A DNA stretch of 62,086 bases, filler included. It is 8 parts of 8 records of this genome, joined end to end, with 100 filler letters (N's around TTAATTAATTAA, not from the genome) between each part and the next. Parts side by side here need not be neighbours in the genome. Positions count along the whole stretch, not along the records: positions 30,270 to 44,778 come from SRR31156797_53200; positions 44,879 to 50,293 come from SRR31156797_53234; 6 more parts are not named here. The stretch is one strand, 5' to 3'. Below the pieces are notes generated by a model. That model was not told the origin of the DNA and searched no databases. It saw nothing but the letters and a program-made list of their open reading frames with translations. The translations under genes and the position numbers were made by a program. The stretch's first letter is position 1. Every line of letters begins with the position of its first letter. This document shows, piece by piece, positions 38,631 through 46,414 of this stretch.

Positions 38631-40337
38631 TCAGGATTCCGGCAGTCTGGGGATAACCATACGGACCATGAAACCGTCACCGTCGGCAGGACTGAAGTGT
38701 ATCTTTCCGCCAAAGGCGCGGATTCGTTCCTCCATGCCCGAAAGGCCGTTGCCCTTTGCCGGGGTGGAAGGTTTTCCCTCCCCATCATCTACAGCCAGCA
38801 ATGCTATCCGGGTTTCTTTGATTTTCAGTGACAGGAACAGCCTGGACGCATGGGCGTGTTTCAGGCAGTTGGTGATCAGTTCCGTGCATACCCGGTCAAG
38901 TGCATGGAAGAGCCCATGATCCAGGATATAGATGATGCCCTGGAAATGAAAGGTCACTTCCAGGCCCGTGTGCCGGGTTGTTTCAATAATTGCCCGGATG
39001 TTCCTTTTCAAATCCTCGCCGGTCCGCACTGCCGGACTTCCCACTGCAACAGGAAGGCCCTTGATACCGGAAAGTCCTGTTTCAAGGGCCCTGGATGTAT
39101 CTTCAAGGGCCTTTCGACCAAGGGACGGATTTTTGGCCATGTAGATTTTGGAAACCTCCAGAAGCTTTACCGCCGTTACCAGTGAATGGCCGATGATGTC
39201 ATGGAGTTCCTGGGCCACATATTTGCGCGCGCTGTTTTTCGACAATCGTTTCAGCCGTTCAATGGTCTTCTGAAGGTCCTGGTTCTTCCGGGAAACCGCT
39301 TCTTTTTTTTCCAGGATATCCGCCTGGATCACCTTGTAGGCAGAGATATTTCTTATGCTGACAAGGTACTGCTTCCGGGACAGGCGCTTGATAGCCTTGC
39401 AGTAAATAAAAAAACTGTCTTTCCCCACGGTCTCCTCATAGCCGCCCCCCCCGCCGCTCGCGGCATGGGCCTGCAGTCGCCTCAGGATTGCTTCCATCAT
39501 GCCTTCCGGCTGCATCATGGTTTGAAAGGCATGGTTGGCATATCCCAGGCGGAATTTGTCATTGAATATACCAATGGCCAGATTGAGGTGGTGGGTAATC
39601 TCATGCCGCATAAGGGGCGTTGGGGTGAAAAAATCATGGTTAAAGGTTGCATACATGAACAACAGGGTCGACCAGGTAAAAACAATGGGGGTAATATCAA
39701 AGACCACCGGAATATTGGCAATGATTGTAAAACGATGGACCACCTTGGTGATATAAAGCAGATTCAGGACCAGGGGCGTGATAATGGCGGCGCTAATAAT
39801 ATGGGTCACCACTTTGTTTCTGCCTGCGAATTCCCGCTTGAACCGCTGCCGGCAAAAAAAGAACCCGGCGGAGATGAAGCCGTACTCAATGATCATGTGA
39901 ACATAGAACAAGGGCCCGAAACTGTCACCCCAGAAATCATAATGACTGTAAAACAAATAATGAAACGGGTTGGTCAGGATCCATGAAAATTGCATAGCCG
40001 GCAGCACATAGAGGAATCTTCTGACGCTGCCGGCAAGGGGGCGCCCCTTGGAATAGGCGTAGCCAAACTCAATAAAGGCCGCTTCAAGGACACAGGTACA
40101 TGCATAATATCCCAGGATAAAAAGCCATCGAACGTTCACCTCCGGGGAAACGGTCTTGAAAACCTTGAAGACCATCCAGAGAATCATGCACACCTGCATG
40201 GCGATAAAGGCATTGGCGGCATGGTCGTCCCTGCGGGTTTTCAGGAAAAACACCATCAGGCAAATCACCGACAGCACGATGGCGGCCATATGAATCATGC
40301 AGATGGCCGCAATTTCAAGTTTCAGCGCGGAAGACAA
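38631..40337 (-). CDS. 7TM-input histidine kinase, HisKA_3 class
   Basis: About seven TM helices with LTNPFH..F and FGPLFY; AQELHDIIGH H-box; ELITNCLKHA; DDGEG; GNGLSGMEER. Confidence 0.9.
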   Translation of the reverse strand: MSSALKLEIAAICMIHMAAIVLSVICLMVFFLKTRRDDHAANAFIAMQVCMILWMVFKVFKTVSPEVNVRWLFILGYYACTCVLEAAFIEFGYAYSKGRPLAGSVRRFLYVLPAMQFSWILTNPFHYLFYSHYDFWGDSFGPLFYVHMIIEYGFISAGFFFCRQRFKREFAGRNKVVTHIISAAIITPLVLNLLYITKVVHRFTIIANIPVVFDITPIVFTWSTLLFMYATFNHDFFTPTPLMRHEITHHLNLAIGIFNDKFRLGYANHAFQTMMQPEGMMEAILRRLQAHAASGGGGGYEETVGKDSFFIYCKAIKRLSRKQYLVSIRNISAYKVIQADILEKKEAVSRKNQDLQKTIERLKRLSKNSARKYVAQELHDIIGHSLVTAVKLLEVSKIYMAKNPSLGRKALEDTSRALETGLSGIKGLPVAVGSPAVRTGEDLKRNIRAIIETTRHTGLEVTFHFQGIIYILDHGLFHALDRVCTELITNCLKHAHASRLFLSLKIKETRIALLAVDDGEGKPSTPAKGNGLSGMEERIRAFGGKIHFSPADGDGFMVRMVIPRLPES

Positions 40338-40349
40338 AATTCCTGCCCG

Positions 40350-40994
40350 CTATTCAATGCCGTTTTCAACGGCATATACTGCCAGTTCAAGGCGGTTGGC
40401 GATACCCAGCTTCCCATAGATCCGGCTGACCTTGTTCTTGACGGTGCCTTCGCAGTAATACAGGGTCTCGCCGATGCTTTTATTGCTTTCTCCCATGACA
40501 ATGAGCCTGACGATGTTGATCTCCTCAAGGGATAAGAGGTCTGTGTACTTTTCCTTGGCCCCGCTCCGGTTTTTGAATTTCTCAATGATCACGGACTTGG
40601 CCCCGGGATGGATGACCGTCAGACCGAAGGCCACACATTTTATGGTGGCGATCAGTTTTTCATAACCGATATCCTTGGTGATATATCCGTCGGCATCCCC
40701 GAGAAAGGCCTCGGTGATATACTCCGGATTTTCAAAGGTCGTCAAAATCAACACCCGGATGCCGGGATGGGTCTTTTTGATAATTTTCAAGGCGGCAAGG
40801 CCGTCAATTTCAGGCATCTCCACATCCATGAGAACCAGGTCCGGCTGCTGCTCGTTGCATGATTTGACCAGCGCATCTCCGGTTCCCACCGAATCGATCA
40901 CAGAGATCTGCGGATCACTGTTGATAATCTGCTCCAGAGAATTCCTGAGCAGCAGCTGGTCATCGGCGATAACTACCTTAATTTCCTGTTCCAT
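40350..40994 (-). CDS. NarL/LuxR-family response regulator
   Basis: ADDQ, LMDVEMP, LTTF, GYITK; GESNKSI...EGTVKN.VS.IY.KL HTH. Confidence 0.93.
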   Translation of the reverse strand: MEQEIKVVIADDQLLLRNSLEQIINSDPQISVIDSVGTGDALVKSCNEQQPDLVLMDVEMPEIDGLAALKIIKKTHPGIRVLILTTFENPEYITEAFLGDADGYITKDIGYEKLIATIKCVAFGLTVIHPGAKSVIIEKFKNRSGAKEKYTDLLSLEEINIVRLIVMGESNKSIGETLYYCEGTVKNKVSRIYGKLGIANRLELAVYAVENGIE

Positions 40995-42240
40995 AAAACC
41001 TCCTGTATCTGGTCACGGTCTGCCGAATGCCAGAAAGATTTTCCTTTGCATCCCCAATGAGGATATCCACCCTGGAATTAAACCGGTCCTGATCATTGCA
41101 ACGGGACAGGTCTTTTATCTTTTCCTTGAATTGTTCCATGAATTGCTCCTGGGTCCGTGTAATGCCATCCAGGAGAGATGAGATTTCCTTTTCCTTTTCA
41201 AGATCAAACACAATATTTGAATAGTGATGGAGCTTTTGGTTTATCTTCTCCAGCCTGGCCTTTTGTTCCGCCTGAAGGTCCAACATTCGGATATGATCTG
41301 TAATGTCGGATAGAATCAGGGAACGGCCGGCCCGTTTACGCCCCTGCCAGATATTTTCAGTACGGCAGTCCATATAACGGTCCCTGTTCGTGGATGCAAA
41401 GGTGTGAATATTATATTTATAATGCCGGGCCATATTTTCATTAAACAGTGTTTCAGGATTTCCGTCGGTCAAGGATTCAATCCCCGGTTTAAAAAAGTCA
41501 GCCCCAAGGGCATGCCGATTCCGGTAAATAATATTATCCTGCGGGTCACAAATCAGAACGGCGTCCGTTATGAGATTGTTGATATTGGAAAAAACCTGGC
41601 CGCCGATACGATAGGCTTTCAGATCCGCTGACAAAATATTGACCCCGGCCAAACAGGCAGGATACAAAAACAGAAGGCCCATATCCCCGTAGGCACCGCT
41701 GATAAACAGGCCAGCCAGATGCCCTCCCAGAGGAAGAATAAAGAGAAAAAAGGATTCAATCCGTCGTTTTGAAAATAATACCGCTGTAACGGAATAAAGA
41801 AACCACCCACCGGCCATCCATAGGTAGCCGGCACCGAATCGGACAGTTGAAAAGGTATACGTTTGAATCAGCCATTCACGATGAAAAAGAGAGAGGACCA
41901 GAACCCATCCTGAAAAAAGGCATACGCCCCGGTAAATTCCGGAATTCAAGCGGGACATACGGTCAATGAGTCCTGCCATCGCCCAAAGGGAAAGCACCAT
42001 GCAGAAAACCTCCCCGCATTTTGCGATATGGGCCGTTTCCTGAGAAACAAACACCGTTTCTGAGAACCTCAGTGCCGCTCCCGCTCCCAGGAAAAAATGA
42101 ACGGCTGTAATCTGCCGCTTTTTCTGCCGGAACTCCTGATAAAAGCATAAGACACCACTGATGCATATGGAAATCAGGAAAATAGTAAGGAAAAAGATAA
42201 TGCAAAACTGGAACAAAGTATAATAACGACCGTCACCCAA
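40978..42240 (-). CDS. Multi-TM sensor-like protein with PAS-like and coiled-coil regions, no kinase ATPase domain
   Basis: About seven TM helices; DAVLICD...IIYRN PAS-like start; DIT motif, then helical tail without H-box or N/G boxes; TTG after AAAGGAG. Confidence 0.65.
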   Translation of the reverse strand: MGDGRYYTLFQFCIIFFLTIFLISICISGVLCFYQEFRQKKRQITAVHFFLGAGAALRFSETVFVSQETAHIAKCGEVFCMVLSLWAMAGLIDRMSRLNSGIYRGVCLFSGWVLVLSLFHREWLIQTYTFSTVRFGAGYLWMAGGWFLYSVTAVLFSKRRIESFFLFILPLGGHLAGLFISGAYGDMGLLFLYPACLAGVNILSADLKAYRIGGQVFSNINNLITDAVLICDPQDNIIYRNRHALGADFFKPGIESLTDGNPETLFNENMARHYKYNIHTFASTNRDRYMDCRTENIWQGRKRAGRSLILSDITDHIRMLDLQAEQKARLEKINQKLHHYSNIVFDLEKEKEISSLLDGITRTQEQFMEQFKEKIKDLSRCNDQDRFNSRVDILIGDAKENLSGIRQTVTRYRRFYGTGN

Positions 42241-42543
42241 ACCGTCTCCTTTAACTATCCCTGTGTCACTTCGAGCCCGGAGTTTCAAAAAGCCGACCCT
42301 TCAATGAAATCACCCAGAATCAAAAAATAATATTTTTAAAGCATGAAAGGCGTTTTTGTCAACAGGAGGCTGAATATTGACAGGACTGCCCGGAATAAAC
42401 CAATAAAGCGGCCGGTTTTGCTCCCCTGGGGAAAAACCGGGATGACAATTATTGAAGACCGTTTCCCCTTGCAGGGAGCAGGTTTAAATGGCATGCTTGT
42501 CAAAGGATGCCATTTAAACCGGGATAAAAATAAGGAGTGAAAA

Positions 42544-42840
42544 ATGAAAGTTATCATTGATCTGTGTATGGTGCCCCTGGGTGTGGGCCTGTCTATTTCC
42601 AAATATGTTGCCGCCTGTCAAGAAATCATCAATGCAGCCGGGCTGAAATCAGAACTCCATGCCAATGGCACCAATATCGAAGGGGAATGGGACCATGTGT
42701 TTCGCGTGGTAAAGGAATGCCACGAAAAAATCCATGAAATGGGTGCTCCCAGGATAACCACCACCATCAAGGCCGGCACCAGGACTGACCGGGACCAGAC
42801 CATGGCCGACAAGGTGGCCAGCGTCAGGGAAAAGTTATAG
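42544..42840 (+). CDS. MTH1187/YkoF thiamine-binding family protein
   Basis: VPLG...S.SKYVA, HANGTNIEGEWD, GAPRI, RTDR. Confidence 0.88.
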   Translation: MKVIIDLCMVPLGVGLSISKYVAACQEIINAAGLKSELHANGTNIEGEWDHVFRVVKECHEKIHEMGAPRITTTIKAGTRTDRDQTMADKVASVREKL

Positions 42841-42858
42841 ACGCAAAGGAGAAACAGC

Positions 42859-43989
42859 ATGCCAGACAAGAAAAAAGACCTGGCAGGACCGGGAATCGGA
42901 GATTACGGTCTTCTGGCAGAAGAGCTGCCCAAGGGCTACAAAGCCCTTCTTACGCCCATGGAAAGAATGAAGGCTGTCTTTGCAATTAAAAATTATATTG
43001 AGGCAAACCTTTGCAAGGAACTCAATCTGCAGATGGTCCAGGTTCCCCTTATCGTCGACAGGGACAGTGGTGTGAATGATTACCTGGATCGCGATGGGTC
43101 GAGGACACCCGTGGAATTCCCCTGTGGGCTTGGGCTCGATCCCCCCATACAGGCCCAGGTTGTCCAGGCTGCCACAAAATGGAAACGCATGGCCCTTGCC
43201 CAGTTCGGCTGCAAGATAGGGGAAGGCATCTGTACGGACATGAGGGCTGTGCGGAAGGACTACTTTCTGGATCATGACCACAGCGCATACGTGGATCAGT
43301 GGGACTGGGAACTAGTAATTAAAAATGAAGACCGGACACTCGGCTTTCTTAAAAATATTGTCACCGGAATATGGAAGGTGATCCGGGGTGCGGGGGACAT
43401 GGTACAGGAAATGTTTCCTCAACTCAAGACGTCCCAATACCCTGACATCCCCAAAGAACTCACTTTTTTCCATGCCGAAGAAATTCTTGACCTGTACCCG
43501 GACCTGCCCCGGAAAGAACGTGAGACACGGATTCTTTTGGAGAAATCTCAGGCGATCTTCATCATCGGCATTGGCTGGCCCCTGAAAGACGGCTACCCCC
43601 ACGAGCTGCGGGCCGCTGATTACGATGACTGGGCAGCCCGGAGTGTGGTAAAAAACGGTGACCAGTACCATGGGTTAAACGGCGATATCCTGGTCTGGAA
43701 TCCCGTGACAAACCGACGCCATGAGCTGACATCCATGGGCATACGGGTCACAAAAGAGACGCTCAAAATTCAGCTCAAAATGTCAGGCCAGGAGGATTTT
43801 CTTGATCTTCCCTATCACCAGGCCATTCTGAACGATCAAATTCCACTCAGCATCGGCGGCGGCATCGGACAGTCAAGGACCTTCATGTATCTTTTACGAA
43901 CGGCTCATATCGGGGAGGTTACCGTATCCGTATGGCCAAAGGAGCTCAAGGATATCTGTACGAAAAACAACATCCATGTGCTCGAATAA
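42859..43989 (+). CDS. asnA: Aspartate--ammonia ligase
   Basis: SGVND.L, KWKR, HSAYVDQWDWE, RAADYDDW, LNGDILVW, ELTSMGIRV, SIGGGIGQSR. Confidence 0.93.
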   Translation: MPDKKKDLAGPGIGDYGLLAEELPKGYKALLTPMERMKAVFAIKNYIEANLCKELNLQMVQVPLIVDRDSGVNDYLDRDGSRTPVEFPCGLGLDPPIQAQVVQAATKWKRMALAQFGCKIGEGICTDMRAVRKDYFLDHDHSAYVDQWDWELVIKNEDRTLGFLKNIVTGIWKVIRGAGDMVQEMFPQLKTSQYPDIPKELTFFHAEEILDLYPDLPRKERETRILLEKSQAIFIIGIGWPLKDGYPHELRAADYDDWAARSVVKNGDQYHGLNGDILVWNPVTNRRHELTSMGIRVTKETLKIQLKMSGQEDFLDLPYHQAILNDQIPLSIGGGIGQSRTFMYLLRTAHIGEVTVSVWPKELKDICTKNNIHVLE

Positions 43990-44176
43990 ACACCAATGGT
44001 GGTAAATCAATGTCATTAACTTAACACACGGGTTGGTAACAATAATGAAACCGTCCGCTCCGATTGTTAAAATTTATATAGGTAATTGAACAGTCCCTTC
44101 ATCACATAACCTGCAAAAGATCAAGGCCCCGCATTGAAATGATCCGAGCCAGTGCCGCCCTCCCGGGGCAGGCGTC

Positions 44177-44778
44177 TTAGACAAACCGTACAATCAACCA
44201 GAAAACGAATCCGCTAGTAAGAAAAAACGGAACCAGGCAGACCAGCAAAACCCTCCCAAGGGGGGTGGGTGCAATTCCGGCGGGAGAACCCGACAGTTTA
44301 ACGGGAAGGGAATCCATCAGTACCATGGTTTTGGGGCTCTTTTCAAGATAGAGCAGATACTCTTTTTCATCATCTTCAAGCGCCTGGGTAAACCGGGTCC
44401 GGGTCGACGCTTCAATCTCTTCTCCGGATTTGGTCCGGAACCGAAACGTCATCCGGTAAACCGTAGCATCATTCACCGACACATTTGTTTCATGTTTACC
44501 GATTAATTTTCCCTGGGTCAGGAGTCCATATTTGAGAAGCTTTATCGCCTTAAATGATTTTTTCAAGGGCACCGCAATAATACAAAGCCCTACCAAGGGA
44601 AAAATAGCGGTAAAAAGCACTCCGGGTCCGAACATTTTGCGTTTCATCCCTTTTATCCGGGAATACTGCGGTTTTCCTTCGGGATATTCCACCGTGACCG
44701 TGCTATCGGGATCATGGGCATATCCCAATGAATAGGACACACCCACATGGTAAAATCCATTTTCGGCGGTAAACATGT
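44177..44778 (-). CDS. Membrane protein, DUF3592-like, 5'-truncated
   Basis: TM helices flanking a beta-rich domain (TNVSVN...YRMTFRF, LLY). Confidence 0.55.
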
Positions 44779-44878
44779 NNNNNNNNNNNNNNNNNNNNNN
44801 NNNNNNNNNNNNNNNNNNNNNNTTAATTAATTAANNNNNNNNNNNNNNNNNNNNNNNNNNNNNNNNNNNNNNNNNNNN

Positions 44879-45006
44879 CATGTCCCAAATGTGGAAAGGG
44901 ACGTCTGATAAAGCTGTACGAACTGCTACCAGTATATGTCGATTATATTGTTCCAAACCGAAAGGAGCTTGTCTTGGATACCTCATTGACAAGGACCTTG
45001 AGCTGA
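44879..45006 (+). mobile_element. 3' end of a probable IS91-family (rolling-circle) transposase gene
   Basis: Frame from 44881 (absent from the ORF track) reads CPKCGKGRLIKLYELLPVYVDYIVPNRKELVLDTSLTRTLS*; a terminal CPxCGKG motif is recalled from IS91-family transposase C-termini. Confidence 0.55.
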
Positions 45007-45247
45007 AACAATTTGTGAAAACGAAAATGGTATCAGACCATAGCGGTGAGTTATGTCCCAAAATCGGCGACATGAAGTCTGGTCCTTCAGTTTCTTAAAA
45101 GGCAATAGAGATGCAACAAGAAAAGCTTAAAACTACAATCATGTTTCATGAGAATCACATCTATTTTTTCTTGCACACTCAAACAGTAAACGATATAAAT
45201 CACATAGTAAAAACATTCACATCCGGCCTTGATCAGCGGCATTGTTC
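45007..45247 (+). mobile_element. Putative right (oriIS) non-coding end of the IS91-like element
   Basis: Follows the tnp stop, contains AAATCACATAG and ends AGCGGCATT|GTTC; GTTC is a known IS91/IS1294 target tetranucleotide adjacent to oriIS. Confidence 0.45.
45171..45199 (+). promoter_or_regulatory. Sigma70-like promoter facing the cassette-like gene
   Basis: TTGCAC-N17-TATAAA. Confidence 0.4.
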
Positions 45248-45375
45248 AACAACGTTATTATCAATAATCCCGCTCGCCGGAGCAACAGCTTCAGCAGTAA
45301 CGAAGATTTTTGGTGAATCGAATGGTCTCTATCTTTTGGTAGGCGGGACTATTGATAAAACGCTTTTGGTTAGGA
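45244..45375 (+). other. attC-like integron recombination site
   Basis: GTTCAAC (RYYYAAC) ... GTTAGGA ends; arms CGTTATTATCAATAATCCCGC / GCGGGACTATTGATAAAACG pair with one extrahelical base and one mismatch; 132 bp. Confidence 0.65.
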
Positions 45376-45396
45376 TTAAATGATTGAAGGTATGCG

Positions 45397-46023
45397 ATGC
45401 CTTGGGAATATCTATTAGGAAGTGCGGCAACTGGTGCAGGTACTGTAATTGCGCTTGCTCTTGTGTTCTGGAAAAAGCTTGTTGACCGTACTGTGGACTC
45501 CGCTTTTGAGACGAGACTGGAAAAGCTTAGATCAGAGTTATCGGATAAGCTGGAAGTATCCAAGTCTGAATTGTCTGTTTGGGCTCAGCTTAGAAACGAC
45601 GTCTTGTCAGAAATATGGGCCGCACACCGAAAAATTACTTCTCAAATGTCAAACGTGATATTGAAGGCACAAGAGATCATTTCAAAACAAGTTGATCCTT
45701 ATGTAGAAGTGAATTATCCCCTGCAATCACTCGAACATGAATTCAAGCCTATAGTAGAGGAGTATCGTTATACGATACACAGTGAATATCACGTCATCAA
45801 CCCAATCGTCATTAATAACATCTGCCAGAAATTTCTACTCAAGTCCTATGAACTGTACACAAAAGATTCAGTAGATTATGAATTCATCCTTAAAGTTATA
45901 AATGACCTAAAAGGCATACGTAATGAATTTCAGAGATATTCAGTTAAGTATTTTGGCTTAGAGAAAATGATGCCTTGGATGGTATCAGATAACCCTAATG
46001 GCGAGCAGTCTCTCAACAAATGA
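45397..46023 (+). CDS. Hypothetical protein (N-terminal TM plus coiled coil), cassette-like
   Basis: 208-aa ORF starting 21 nt after the attC-like site, GAAGG RBS, lower GC than the neighbouring PTS genes. Confidence 0.7.
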   Translation: MPWEYLLGSAATGAGTVIALALVFWKKLVDRTVDSAFETRLEKLRSELSDKLEVSKSELSVWAQLRNDVLSEIWAAHRKITSQMSNVILKAQEIISKQVDPYVEVNYPLQSLEHEFKPIVEEYRYTIHSEYHVINPIVINNICQKFLLKSYELYTKDSVDYEFILKVINDLKGIRNEFQRYSVKYFGLEKMMPWMVSDNPNGEQSLNK

Positions 46024-46051
46024 AGGATTAGTAACCGTGCTGAGGCACGAG

Positions 46052-46120
46052 GTGCGACCGGCATAATTGTGAACTAGCTGGTGTAAGGCCAGCCATAGCC
46101 CCTGAAAGGAGGGAATGATA
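46052..46120 (+). mobile_element. 5' fragment of a group II (class C-like) intron
   Basis: Starts GTGCG (GUGYG): GTGCGACCGGCATAATTGTGAACTAGCTGGTGTAAGGCCAGCC, with a GCTGG-TGTAAGG-CCAGC hairpin; 2 nt after a CGTGC-TGAG-GCACG stem-loop; no RT ORF or domain V follows. Confidence 0.6.
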
Positions 46121-46414
46121 ATATAAAGAATTTTATTACAAATTCGTATTGGAAAAAAAGTAAGGGTAAACTCAAAAAATAAAAGCGGTTTGAATTCCTT
46201 TTTTTTTACTTGCCTTTACTCATTCGTCGTGATAGTAAAATAGTTAATATTTTCTGTTGCGACTTGGCACGAAAAATACTATTCGCAGAACATGAACTGA
46301 TAGCTTCAACTCAATATATTTTTATCCTGCACTTCCCTGAGTTATTTCCAATGTGACGTTGCTGGAAGCCAAATTTAGTATTCAATTACCTTCATTCATA
46401 AAAGGAATAGAAAC

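Noticed and set aside
4809-41181. Long antisense or alternative-frame ORFs such as 4809-5561, 19582-20499, 22795-23673, 25087-26100, 35878-36756 and 39186-39986
   Set aside because: Shadows of well-supported genes on the opposite strand in GC-rich DNA; no motifs
44880-45383. ORF-track ORFs 44880-45098 and 45111-45383 as genes
   Set aside because: No recognisable motifs; the frame from 44881 and the non-coding palindrome explain the region better
46265-46279. TGGCAC as a sigma54 promoter for the PTS operon
   Set aside because: The -12 position reads ATAC, not TTGC
46290-46410. BglG/GlcT RAT antiterminator ahead of the PTS genes
   Set aside because: No convincing RAT consensus or overlapping terminator
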